From Bacteroidaceae bacterium (lineage in GTDB: Bacteria > Bacteroidota > Bacteroidia > Bacteroidales > Bacteroidaceae), in assembly GCA_017481875.1 (NCBI GenBank), contig JAFUOP010000005.1, forward strand, positions 26,892 through 90,891: a DNA stretch of 64,000 nucleotides, given 5' to 3'. The translations under genes and the position numbers were made by a program. A model generated the notes under the pieces. It did not search any database and was not told where the DNA came from. It saw nothing but the letters and a program-made list of their open reading frames with translations. Below are positions 48,102 through 57,363 of the stretch, in pieces (the first letter of the stretch is position 1; each line of letters opens with the position of its first letter).

Positions 48102-49271
48102 ATGAAAAAGTTTGCAATACTATCTCTTATACTAGCCGGCAGCATCTCTGCATTCGCACAAGAGAACCGTGTTGAGACCACGACAAAAACCGAAACAGTA
48201 GATGTAGAATATCACAAAGAGTATAATTCCAAGTTATCTACCAACTGGTACATTCAAGCAGCATTGGGAGGTTCTGTATTCTTCGGTGAGGACGACTCTG
48301 AAATGTCTTTTGGCGACAGAATAAAACCAGGTTTCTCCCTTGCAGTGGGCAGACAATTTAACCCTTTATTGGGTGGACGTTTATCGTTTGAGGGCAACAG
48401 GCTTGTTGGCTGGAACGACAACAAGGGCGGACGCTACCCCAACCACTTAACCGACCCTCGCAAGGAATACCTTGACAAGAAGGGCGTTTATACAGACAAT
48501 GGTTACGACCAGGACATTAGATATTATGCACTTGCAGCCGATTTTATGCTCAACTTAACAAACCTTCTTTCAGAAGATAAAAACTCTTTTAAAAGATGGG
48601 ACTTGGAGGCTTATCTTGGCGTTGCAGCTCTTTCAACCATGGAAAGAAAAGGTGTTGACAATGTAATAGCATTGGGTGGCAGATTTGGTATATCTACAAC
48701 CTATAACATTAACCAGCGTTTTGGTATAAACTTGGATATCAACAGCACTATCACAAGCTCTACGATTGACGGACACACCGGTGAGTCGGGCGACATAGAC
48801 AATATCTGTTCTGCAAGATTAGGCTTAAAGTGGAGAATAGGCAAGCAGGAGTATAGAGCTACACACGCTATCTCAAACAGTAGTTACGACGAACTTAACA
48901 ACTACATAGTAGCTGTTAAAACACAGAGAATGGAGCAAGGAGCTCCCGAGGAGCAGATTGTTGTGGTTCCTGCAGAGAAGGACAAGATCATTATTCCTTA
49001 CGTTGTGTTTGAGGAGGGTAAAGAGACATTCAACCAAGAGTTGCAGATGGCCAACATATTCAACATCTCAGAATTGTTGAAAGAGAAGAAAGACCTACAG
49101 ATGGACATTGTTGGTAACACACGTTCAACAAACGCAGAAATTGCATTGAAACGTGCAAACATTGTTAAGGACATTCTTGTAAGCCGTTACTCAATTGATG
49201 CTAACCGTCTTACAGTTAAGGTACAAGAAATGGACGATGACAGCCAAACCGTACATTTTGTAAACAAATAA
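48102..49271 (+). CDS. OmpA-like outer-membrane protein, a paralogue with a degenerate OmpA domain
   Basis: It starts MKKFAILSLILAGSISAFAQ and has the same architecture as the upstream gene. The C-terminal domain reads MDIVGNTRSTNAEIALKRANIVKDIL and lacks a clean GYTD/NxxLSxxRA motif. Confidence 0.75.
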   Translation: MKKFAILSLILAGSISAFAQENRVETTTKTETVDVEYHKEYNSKLSTNWYIQAALGGSVFFGEDDSEMSFGDRIKPGFSLAVGRQFNPLLGGRLSFEGNRLVGWNDNKGGRYPNHLTDPRKEYLDKKGVYTDNGYDQDIRYYALAADFMLNLTNLLSEDKNSFKRWDLEAYLGVAALSTMERKGVDNVIALGGRFGISTTYNINQRFGINLDINSTITSSTIDGHTGESGDIDNICSARLGLKWRIGKQEYRATHAISNSSYDELNNYIVAVKTQRMEQGAPEEQIVVVPAEKDKIIIPYVVFEEGKETFNQELQMANIFNISELLKEKKDLQMDIVGNTRSTNAEIALKRANIVKDILVSRYSIDANRLTVKVQEMDDDSQTVHFVNK

Positions 49272-49282
49272 ACAAACTAGAA

Positions 49283-49338
49283 TTTCATAACACACAAAAG
49301 AGGCTCCCAATTGGGAGCCTCTTTTGTGTGTTATGAAA
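49283..49338. terminator. Very long (26-bp) perfect hairpin at a convergent junction
   Basis: tttcataacacacaaaagaggctccc-aatt-gggagcctcttttgtgtgttatgaaa. Confidence 0.8.
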
Positions 49339-49363
49339 ACCGTTTCTTAATACTGAAATTCTA

Positions 49364-49729
49364 TTAATTGTCCAAGCCCTGTTTTTCAACCTCTCGCGGA
49401 ATTCTAAATGCAGTATACAACTGTAGCAATGCACCTATAAACATAGCAACAATCCACTCGTTACGAGTATGTGTAAACATAAGCACACCGGCCGCCACAA
49501 GCACCAGAGCTCCAATTTGCTGCTGCACAACCAAACGTTTAATTACATAGTCCCCACCGCGTACACGCAACAAGAATTGTGTGGCAGCCTGAAGCACTGC
49601 AGAAACAACAAAAACCCAAGCCGAAATATCGGGAAATAGAACTTTGCCGACAGCAGCACACAAGAGTGCTACCCACGACAATGAATTGAGCAAAGAGATT
49701 GCTTTTGCAAAAATAGTATTCTTTTTCAT
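49364..49729 (-). CDS. Hypothetical small integral membrane protein
   Basis: 121 aa with 3-4 hydrophobic helices and no recognisable motif. It lies 3 nt downstream of the ftsB-like gene. Confidence 0.55.
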   Translation of the reverse strand: MKKNTIFAKAISLLNSLSWVALLCAAVGKVLFPDISAWVFVVSAVLQAATQFLLRVRGGDYVIKRLVVQQQIGALVLVAAGVLMFTHTRNEWIVAMFIGALLQLYTAFRIPREVEKQGLDN

Positions 49730-49732
49730 GGT

Positions 49733-50032
49733 TTAATCCTCTACAATAAAAACTTCTTCACCATCTTTGTGCATTCCATATTTTTCTCGTGCCACTTTTT
49801 CCATTATCTCTATATCCTTATGCAATTCACTGGATTTATATGTAAGCACTTCGAGTTCCTCTTTCAGTTCTTGGATTTCAGACTTCAAAATGGCAATTTC
49901 TCTTTGATTCTGAAAATGCTTTATAAGGTTATTCTCGTCGAAAAACACTATAATAAGAAGGAAGGTTATTGTTACAAACCAATACTTATTATTTTTGACC
50001 CATACAAAAAATGTTCCTATACTATCGTTCAT
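49733..50032 (-). CDS. Septum formation initiator (FtsB/DivIC-like) family protein
   Basis: 99 aa from MNDSIGTFF, with one transmembrane segment followed by a coiled coil (REIAILKSEIQELKEELEVLTYKSSEL). The promoter box at 50060-50067 lies inside the longer ORF-track version. Confidence 0.75.
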   Translation of the reverse strand: MNDSIGTFFVWVKNNKYWFVTITFLLIIVFFDENNLIKHFQNQREIAILKSEIQELKEELEVLTYKSSELHKDIEIMEKVAREKYGMHKDGEEVFIVED

Positions 50033-50059
50033 AAACTCCGAGTTAAAGTTATTCTTTTG

Positions 50060-50067
50060 CAAAGGTA
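50060..50067 (-). promoter_or_regulatory. -7 promoter box TACCTTTG (minus strand) upstream of the ftsB-like gene
   Basis: The reverse complement of caaaggta is TACCTTTG, 28 nt upstream of the ATG at 50032. Confidence 0.45.
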
Positions 50068-50163
50068 GAATTTTTTTGCAATTGAAAAGGAGATATTGCC
50101 CGTTTTTGACAAAACGCAACAAAGAACGGCAACTTTTTATTTTGTATAACTCAAGGATTACTT

Positions 50164-50171
50164 TATTTTTG
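50164..50171 (+). promoter_or_regulatory. -7 promoter box TATTTTTG upstream of dnaX
   Basis: Exact TAnnTTTG match, 53 nt upstream of the dnaX ATG. Confidence 0.4.
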
Positions 50172-50223
50172 CAGTAGATTAGCTTCTAAAGCATCATTTG
50201 AAAAAGTTTATAAAAGTATAAAT

Positions 50224-52050
50224 ATGGAAAATTATATAGTATCGGCACGAAAATATCGCCCTGATACCTTTGAAACGGTTGTTGCACAAAAATCACTCAC
50301 AACCACACTAAAAAACGCCATACAAACAGGCAAGCTTGCACACGCATACCTGTTTTGTGGCCCGCGCGGTGTCGGGAAAACCACTTGTGCCCGCATTTTT
50401 GCAAAAACCATAAATTGCTTGAACCCAACAGCAAATGGAGAACCGTGCAACGAATGCGAGTCTTGCCGTTCATTCAACGAACAACGCTCATTTTCCATAT
50501 ACGAGCTAGACGCTGCAAGCAACAACTCTGTAGAGGATATTCGCTCACTAAACGAACAAGTGCGCATTCCACCACAGATAGGGAAATACAAAGTATATAT
50601 AATAGACGAGGTTCATATGCTATCACAGGCAGCCTTCAATGCTTTTCTCAAAACATTGGAAGAGCCACCTGCACACGCCATCTTCATACTTGCAACGACC
50701 GAAAAACACAAAATCATTCCCACCATTCTTTCGCGTTGTCAAATATACGACTTCAGCCGCATAGATACATCGGATATTATAAAGCACCTGCAAAATATTG
50801 CAGAAAAGGAGAGTATAAGAAGCGAGTATGATGCACTACGTATAATTGCACAAAAGTCCGATGGTTGCATGCGCGACGCACTATCACTTTTTGACCAAAT
50901 GGCAAGTTTCACGCAAGGCGATTTAAGCTACTCAAAAGTTATTGAAAGCCTTAACGTACTTGACCACGAATATTATTTCCGGCTCACCGATTATATATTA
51001 AACGCAAATACATCACAAGCCCTATTACTTTTCAACGAAATTTTAAGTAAAGGATTTGAAGGGAATATATTCATTGAGGGCGTTGCGACCCACATGCGCG
51101 ACCTTTTAGTAAATGGAGACCCCGCAACCGCACCACTCTTCGAGGGAAGCGACGATTTGCGTAAAAGATATGTGAGCCAAGCCGCAAAATGCAACCCAAA
51201 AATGCTATTCCGAGCTCTAAAACTCTGCAACAACTGCGAGCTGAACTACCGCACAAGCCGCAACAAGCGACTTTTGGTGGAGCTTACACTTATACAACTA
51301 TCACAACTCACCACAAGTGATGAAGGTGAAGATGGTGGGCGTAGCCCAAAGATGTTAAAACCCATATTCAACAACGTAGAGCAAGCTGATGCAAAACAGC
51401 AAACAAATAATACAAACAGTGCGCCAGGCACACCTGTAGCACAACCCGTTCAACAGGCATCAAAAACAATAGAAAAACCGGCAATAAATGCTGCGACACC
51501 GGCGCAACGTATTCCTATACAAGGCCGCCCCGATACTTTAAAGAGGAATGACCAAACCACGCAAGGCCTCAGTGGAATGTTTCGTCGGGCAAGAACCACA
51601 TTGGAGGGTGAAACCACCACAACAGGGGCTAATGCACCTACACAACCAAGGCAAACTGTGCAAGTGAGCACACAAGCAAACAATGCCGCAAGCATTACAA
51701 CAGAAAAATTAATACAAGCCTGGACCTCTTTTGCTCTGGAGCTCCCCGAGAAAGAGAGAGCCCTCGCAGAAAGAATGAAGCTGATTACGCCCGAGATGAA
51801 CGACGACAGCAGTTTCACCATACGAGTTGATAATCAGATGGTTGCACAGGTCTTTGAAGAACAGAATACAAAAATAGCCGCAGGCATTAGTCGTTTTCTA
51901 CAGAACAGAGTTCTGAAAATGAAGATAGAGATAAACAAAGTAACTGTTCAAAGACACGTTTACGACCGAACAAAGCAGTATGAAATATTAAGAGAAAAGA
52001 ACCCTATTATAGAAAAACTGCGTAAAGGACTTAATTTGGAACTTGCTTAA
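50224..52050 (+). CDS. dnaX: DNA polymerase III subunit gamma/tau
   Basis: 608 aa with ARKYRP, the Walker A motif GPRGVGKTT, a zinc module (CNECESC), DEVHML, and a low-complexity Gln/Thr/Ala/Pro-rich linker. Confidence 0.95.
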   Translation: MENYIVSARKYRPDTFETVVAQKSLTTTLKNAIQTGKLAHAYLFCGPRGVGKTTCARIFAKTINCLNPTANGEPCNECESCRSFNEQRSFSIYELDAASNNSVEDIRSLNEQVRIPPQIGKYKVYIIDEVHMLSQAAFNAFLKTLEEPPAHAIFILATTEKHKIIPTILSRCQIYDFSRIDTSDIIKHLQNIAEKESIRSEYDALRIIAQKSDGCMRDALSLFDQMASFTQGDLSYSKVIESLNVLDHEYYFRLTDYILNANTSQALLLFNEILSKGFEGNIFIEGVATHMRDLLVNGDPATAPLFEGSDDLRKRYVSQAAKCNPKMLFRALKLCNNCELNYRTSRNKRLLVELTLIQLSQLTTSDEGEDGGRSPKMLKPIFNNVEQADAKQQTNNTNSAPGTPVAQPVQQASKTIEKPAINAATPAQRIPIQGRPDTLKRNDQTTQGLSGMFRRARTTLEGETTTTGANAPTQPRQTVQVSTQANNAASITTEKLIQAWTSFALELPEKERALAERMKLITPEMNDDSSFTIRVDNQMVAQVFEEQNTKIAAGISRFLQNRVLKMKIEINKVTVQRHVYDRTKQYEILREKNPIIEKLRKGLNLELA

Positions 52051-52055
52051 GAATT

Positions 52056-52088
52056 TTAGAATCACACGGCGTGTGATTCTAATTTTTT
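52056..52088 (+). terminator. Rho-independent terminator of dnaX
   Basis: ttagaatcacac-ggc-gtgtgattctaa followed by tttttt. Confidence 0.85.
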
Positions 52089-52610
52089 AATAGCAAATTT
52101 TCAACAGACAAGCAACAAAAACAGACCTTTTTTATTAGCCATTTTTTGCGAAAGAAATATTTATCAAATAAAAAAATTTTCAGCCTTATATAGAATAAAT
52201 CTAATTAAGAAGAATGTTTTTTTATAAATATTGCTATGGGTAAAAAAGCTTTTTAGCAAGCACGAAAAGGGAGTTTTTACAGAAAGTGCCAAAATAAATA
52301 ATAATATTTTACAAGTGTAATATACTAATAATCAATCGTTTAAAAAAAATGCCATTATCGCAACCAAGCTCGGCAGTCGTTTTATAACGCACTGTTTTTC
52401 AGTACGTTATAAATGCAAAAAAAACAGCACTTTTTTTACACTTGTTTTTTCATTTTTCTTTTTAGATATTTGCATTAGAAAAGAGACAAGGAGAAATGTA
52501 AGATTCCATTGAATCGAACAATGAAACAACGAATTTCTTCTTTTACAACCATCGAGTTAAAAAAGTAACCGATGGTTGTTTGAATCTTAAATACAGATAT
52601 ACAGAAATCG

Positions 52611-54005
52611 ATGAACTCACAATTAACAATAAAGTGGAACAAATGTCTCGACATTATTCGCGACAACGTTTCCGAAAAAACATTCGAAACTTGGTTTGCC
52701 GACATCAAGGCTATCAGGTACGAAGACTCTACACTGACCATTCAGGTGAAGAGTAACTATGTATGTGAGCATCTCGAGGAAAATTATGTCGGCTTGCTAC
52801 GCTCAACACTTTTCAAGGTTATGGGCAATGGCACAAAACTTATGTACAGCATACTCACCGACAAGGGTAACAACTTAAGCGTTGAGGTCAGTGCAGACAG
52901 CTACACAACCGGCAAAGGAACACAAACAGGAAATTCGGGCAACAGTACTCCCAAAGCTACACAAGAGGCAGTGCAAGAGCTTGACTCTATGCTCATAAAC
53001 CGCTATACATTCGACAACTTTGTCGAGGGTGTGAGCAATCGCCTTTCACGCTCTGTAGCCGTGAGCGTGGCAAACACCCCGGGAAGAGCATTTAACCCAC
53101 TATTCATTTATGGGCCATCGGGCGTGGGAAAAACCCACCTGATAAACGCTATCGGTTGCAAAATTAAGGAGTTACACCCCGAACTGCGTGTTCTTTATGT
53201 ATCGGCACACCTTTTTCAGGTTCAATACACCGACTCTATCTTGCAAAAGAAGTTCAACGATTTTATGAGGTTCTATCAAAGCATAGACGTTCTCATAATT
53301 GATGATATTCAGGAGTTTGCTGGCCTCGAGAAAACACAACACGCTTTCTTCCACATATTCAACCACTTGCATCTCAATGGCAAGCAGTTGATTATGACAT
53401 CGGACCGCACACCGGCTCAGTTACAGGGTATGGAGGAACGCCTTATCACCCGTTTCAAGTGGGGCATGACTGCTGAAATAGAAAAGCCCGACTTGGAATT
53501 GCGCAAGAATATACTTAGAAACAAGATACGTAGAGACGGCCTTAAATTCCCCGAAGAGGTTATAACATATATAGCCGAACACGTAAATGCAAGTATTCGC
53601 GACCTCGAAGGTATTATTGTATCGATTATGGCACATTCAACCATAAACAATGCCGACATCGATATAAACCTTGCACGCAGAATTACAGGCAATGTCAGTG
53701 ACTACGAAAAACGCGCAATAACCATTGACGACATAATAAGCAAGGTAGCAAGCTATTACGGAGTTGATGTAGAGAGCATTAACACCCGCTCGCGGAAAAG
53801 AGAGGTTGTGCTTGTGCGCCAGGTTGCAATGTTCCTGTCGAAGAAACATCTTGATATGTCAACTTCCAAAATAGGTAAATATATAGGCAATAGAGACCAC
53901 GCCACAGTGGTACACGCCTGCAAAACAATCACCAACCTTGCCGAAACAGACAAACATTTTCGCAGTGAGCTAAACGAGATTGACCTCTCACTGCAAAGTG
54001 CATAA
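52611..54005 (+). CDS. dnaA: Chromosomal replication initiator protein DnaA
   Basis: 464 aa with the Walker A motif [14 protein letters not shown], an SDR motif and a C-terminal DNA-binding domain ([16 protein letters not shown]...DHATVVHA). Confidence 0.97.
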   Translation: MNSQLTIKWNKCLDIIRDNVSEKTFETWFADIKAIRYEDSTLTIQVKSNYVCEHLEENYVGLLRSTLFKVMGNGTKLMYSILTDKGNNLSVEVSADSYTTGKGTQTGNSGNSTPKATQEAVQELDSMLINRYTFDNFVEGVSNRLSRSVAVSVANTPGRAFNPLFIYGPSGVGKTHLINAIGCKIKELHPELRVLYVSAHLFQVQYTDSILQKKFNDFMRFYQSIDVLIIDDIQEFAGLEKTQHAFFHIFNHLHLNGKQLIMTSDRTPAQLQGMEERLITRFKWGMTAEIEKPDLELRKNILRNKIRRDGLKFPEEVITYIAEHVNASIRDLEGIIVSIMAHSTINNADIDINLARRITGNVSDYEKRAITIDDIISKVASYYGVDVESINTRSRKREVVLVRQVAMFLSKKHLDMSTSKIGKYIGNRDHATVVHACKTITNLAETDKHFRSELNEIDLSLQSA

Positions 54006-54027
54006 ATAAATTGGAATTTAGAATTTA

Positions 54028-54057
54028 CAATCCGCAACGTTTGTTGCGGATTTTTTT
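54028..54057 (+). terminator. Rho-independent terminator of dnaA
   Basis: aatccgcaac-gttt-gttgcggatt followed by a T-run of 6 (8 consecutive T counting the last two stem positions). Confidence 0.85.
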
Positions 54058-54315
54058 TGCACCCAAATTCTTTAAAATGGGAATTATACCCACCTACACG
54101 ATAAACAATTTTACAAATCAAAAAAGAATTCTGGAAATACAAAAAGAAAAAGAAATAGAGTATGTACAAAGACAAAGTTTTCCAATCGGAAAACTTTTTG
54201 CGAACAACTTAAAACAACACTATTGATTATCAACGAATTAGTTTTACATTCAGAAAACTTTACAACTTGTTGAAAACTAAAAATAAAAATAATTGGTTAT
54301 TATACAAATTAAATA

Positions 54316-54323
54316 TATTTTTG
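54316..54323 (+). promoter_or_regulatory. -7 promoter box TATTTTTG upstream of nrdJ
   Basis: Exact TAnnTTTG match, 61 nt upstream of the GTG at 54384. Confidence 0.35.
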
Positions 54324-54383
54324 TGCTTGCTCAAATGAGAGCACCGAAAGAGTATGTAAAACCATAATATATAACCAACCAAA

Positions 54384-56912
54384 GTGAAAAAGCAAACCTA
54401 CACCTATGATGAAGCATTCAAAGCTTCACTTGATTATTTTAAAGGCGACGAACTCGCCGCAAGAGTTTGGGTAAACAAGTATGCCGTTAAAGACTCGTTC
54501 GGTACAATCTATGAAAAGTCGCCGGCCGACATGCATTGGCGTATAGCCAATGAGATTGCCCGCATTGAAAAGAAGTATGAAAACCCAATGTCGGCACAAG
54601 AAATATTTGACCTGCTCGACAACTTCAAATATATCGTACCATCGGGCAGCCCAATGACCGGAATCGGCAACGACTTTCAAATAGCATCTCTTTCGAACTG
54701 CTTCGTTATTGGCATCGATGGAAAAGCAGACTCTTATGGCGGCATTATACGCATAGACGAAGAACAAGTACAGTTAATGAAACGTCGTGGCGGTGTAGGG
54801 CACGACCTTTCGCACATACGCCCTAAAGGCTCTCCCGTAAAGAATTCGGCACTCACATCAACAGGCCTCGTGCCCTTTATGGAGCGTTACTCAAACTCCA
54901 CACGTGAGGTTGCGCAAGACGGCCGCCGTGGTGCACTTATGCTCAGTGTTTCTATAAAGCACCCCGATGCCGAAGCATTCATTGATGCAAAAATGACCGA
55001 AGGCAAAGTAACAGGCGCAAATGTTTCGGTGAAGATTGATGATGAATTTATGCAGGCTGTTACAGAGGAGAAACCCTATGTACAGAAATACCCCATTGAC
55101 TCCGACACCCCGATATACTCAAAAGAGGTCAATGCCGGAGATATTTGGAAAAAAATAATACACAATGCATGGAAGTCGGCTGAGCCCGGTGTTCTTTTCT
55201 GGGACACAATAGAACGTGAATCTATCCCCGATTGTTACGCCGACCTTGGTTTCAAGACCGTATCTACCAACCCCTGCGGCGAGATTCCTCTCTGCCCCTA
55301 CGACTCTTGTCGCTTAATAGCAATAAACCTCTATTCATACGTTATCGACCCATTTACGCCTGAAGCACGCTTCGACTTTGAACTTCTTCGCGAGCACACA
55401 AAAAAGGCAATACGTATGATGGACGACATTATAGACCTTGAACTCGAAAAGATTGAAGCCATACAAGCAAAAATAGAGAGCGACCCCGAAATTGAGGAGG
55501 TAAAGGCTGCCGAAAGAAAATTGTGGGAAAAAATTTACCGCAAAAGCAGTATGGGCCGCCGTACAGGTGTTGGAATCACCGCAGAGGGCGATATGCTTGC
55601 AGCGATGGGCTTGAGATACGGAAGTGCAGAAGCCATTGATTTCTCGGTTGAGGTACACAAGTTAGTTGCCCTTGCAGCATACAGTTCTTCGGTAAATATG
55701 GCGAAAGAACGCGGTGCATTTGAAATTTTCGATTACAAGCGCGAGGAAAACAACCCGTTCATAAACCGTCTGCGCGAAGCCGACCCTCAGCTATATGAGG
55801 ATATGAAGAAATATGGCCGTCGCAACATCGCCTGCCTCACAATAGCCCCCACCGGCACTGTGAGTATTATGACACAGACCACTTCGGGCATAGAACCTGT
55901 ATTTATGCCTGTATATAAACGTCGTCGCAAGGTAAACCCCAACGACCCTGAGGTACACGTTGATTTTACCGACGAGAATGGCGACACATTCGAAGAGTAT
56001 ATAGTTTACCACCACAAATTTGTGGAGTGGATGAAGAAAAGCGGCATAGACACCACCAAACGTTATTCACAAGTGGAGATTGACAACATTGTGGCACGTT
56101 CGCCCTATGCAAAAGCAACGTCAAACGACATCGATTGGGTAGCAAAAGTAGAGATGCAGGGCCGCATACAGAAATGGGTTGACCACTCCATAAGTGTAAC
56201 CATAAACCTGCCAAACAATGTCGATGAAAAGCTTGTGAATGAGCTATACATTACAGCCTGGAAATGTGGCTGCAAAGGGTGTACCGTGTACCGCGACGGC
56301 TCGCGTGCCGGTGTACTTGTATCGACAGACAACAAAAAGGAGACCAAAAACGAGGAGATGAAGCCCACCATTACAGAGGTGCGTCCTTTAGTTCTTGAGG
56401 CCGATGTCGTGCGCTTCCAGAACAACAAAGAAAAGTGGGTAGCCTTTATAGGCCTGCTCAATGGCCAACCATACGAGATATTTACAGGACAACAAGACGA
56501 CGAAGATGGCATACCCTTGCCAAAGAACGTTACACACGGTATCATAATAAAGCACATAAACGAGGACGGCAGCAAACGATACGACTTCCAGTTTGAGAAT
56601 AAAATTGGTTACAAAACCACCATCGAAGGATTGTCAGAGCGTTTCAACCCCGAGTTTTGGAACTATGCAAAACTCATTTCGGGTGTGTTGCGTTACAAAA
56701 TGCCAATTGAGCAGGTAATAAAACTTATTTCGTCTCTTGAACTTGGTTCCGACAACATTAACACTTGGAAAAATGGTGTAGAAAGAGCTCTCAAACGCTA
56801 TATAGCAGACGGGGCGGCATCGGCAGAAAAGTGCCCCAACTGCAAAAACCAACTTATATTTGAGGAAGGCTGCCTGCACTGCCCCACCTGCGGATATTCA
56901 AAGTGTGGCTAA
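54384..56912 (+). CDS. nrdJ: Adenosylcobalamin-dependent (class II) ribonucleoside-diphosphate reductase
   Basis: 842 aa. The N-terminus reads KKQTYTYDEAFKASLDYFKGDELAARVWVNKYAVKD. The active-site region is NPCGEIPLCPYDSCRL. A C-terminal zinc ribbon reads CPNCKNQLIFEEGCLHCPTCG. The only in-frame start near the conserved N-terminus is GTG. Confidence 0.9.
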   Translation: MKKQTYTYDEAFKASLDYFKGDELAARVWVNKYAVKDSFGTIYEKSPADMHWRIANEIARIEKKYENPMSAQEIFDLLDNFKYIVPSGSPMTGIGNDFQIASLSNCFVIGIDGKADSYGGIIRIDEEQVQLMKRRGGVGHDLSHIRPKGSPVKNSALTSTGLVPFMERYSNSTREVAQDGRRGALMLSVSIKHPDAEAFIDAKMTEGKVTGANVSVKIDDEFMQAVTEEKPYVQKYPIDSDTPIYSKEVNAGDIWKKIIHNAWKSAEPGVLFWDTIERESIPDCYADLGFKTVSTNPCGEIPLCPYDSCRLIAINLYSYVIDPFTPEARFDFELLREHTKKAIRMMDDIIDLELEKIEAIQAKIESDPEIEEVKAAERKLWEKIYRKSSMGRRTGVGITAEGDMLAAMGLRYGSAEAIDFSVEVHKLVALAAYSSSVNMAKERGAFEIFDYKREENNPFINRLREADPQLYEDMKKYGRRNIACLTIAPTGTVSIMTQTTSGIEPVFMPVYKRRRKVNPNDPEVHVDFTDENGDTFEEYIVYHHKFVEWMKKSGIDTTKRYSQVEIDNIVARSPYAKATSNDIDWVAKVEMQGRIQKWVDHSISVTINLPNNVDEKLVNELYITAWKCGCKGCTVYRDGSRAGVLVSTDNKKETKNEEMKPTITEVRPLVLEADVVRFQNNKEKWVAFIGLLNGQPYEIFTGQQDDEDGIPLPKNVTHGIIIKHINEDGSKRYDFQFENKIGYKTTIEGLSERFNPEFWNYAKLISGVLRYKMPIEQVIKLISSLELGSDNINTWKNGVERALKRYIADGAASAEKCPNCKNQLIFEEGCLHCPTCGYSKCG

Positions 56913-56943
56913 AAAACATTTGTACTACACTATATATATTTCC

Positions 56944-56979
56944 CACAAAGCCTGCCTTGCAAAACAGGCAGGCTTTGTG
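56944..56979 (+). terminator. 13-bp hairpin between nrdJ and folB (weak terminator, poor U-tract)
   Basis: cacaaagcctgcc-(10 nt)-ggcaggctttgtg followed by ctttaag. Confidence 0.4.
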
Positions 56980-56992
56980 CTTTAAGAAAAAA

Positions 56993-57361
56993 ATGAAAAT
57001 AACAAGCTACACTATAGAATTGCAAGACATTCACCTCTATGCCAGGCACGGGGTATTGGAACAAGAAACAGCCGTTGGGGCTTGGTTCACAATAAACACC
57101 AAGCTACACATCAGCGACCATAGTTGCGCCACTACCGATGCTATAGAAGGCACGGTGAGCTATGCCGATGTTTATGAGCTTATAAAAAGGGAGATGAGCA
57201 CACCTTCCAAGCTGCTTGAGAACGTGTGCCACAGAATTATCACAGCTTTATTCAAGCAATTCGAAATAATAGAACAGATTGATATTACCCTGCGCAAGGA
57301 CACTCCGCCAATGGGTGGCGACAGACTTAGCGCGGCCGTAACACTGCAAGCAAAAAGATAA
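56993..57361 (+). CDS. folB: Dihydroneopterin aldolase
   Basis: 122 aa from MKITSYTIELQDIHLYARHGVLEQETAVG, with a FolB-like layout. I chose the start at the internal Met31 of the ORF-track call. Confidence 0.8.
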   Translation: MKITSYTIELQDIHLYARHGVLEQETAVGAWFTINTKLHISDHSCATTDAIEGTVSYADVYELIKREMSTPSKLLENVCHRIITALFKQFEIIEQIDITLRKDTPPMGGDRLSAAVTLQAKR

Positions 57362-57363
57362 AA

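Noticed and set aside
50224-52050. A programmed -1 frameshift site in dnaX (gamma/tau, as in E. coli).
   Set aside because: I did not find an A-AAA-AAG type slippery heptamer in the gene on visual scan, and there is no obvious downstream stem-loop in the linker region.
54058-54383. A cobalamin riboswitch or NrdR operator upstream of nrdJ. Also an NrdR-like ACACTATATATA segment just downstream of nrdJ at about 56926-56940.
   Set aside because: The leader is very AT-rich and has no GC-rich B12-box-like core. The ACACTATATAT segments are not palindromic 16-mers, are not paired at the usual spacing, and one lies after the gene.
52051-54383. A confident oriC call adjacent to dnaA.
   Set aside because: Neither dnaA flank contains a perfect TTATCCACA/TGTGGATAA box, and there is no cluster of near-matches. 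In Bacteroidales oriC is not necessarily next to dnaA. I report it only as a low-confidence lead.
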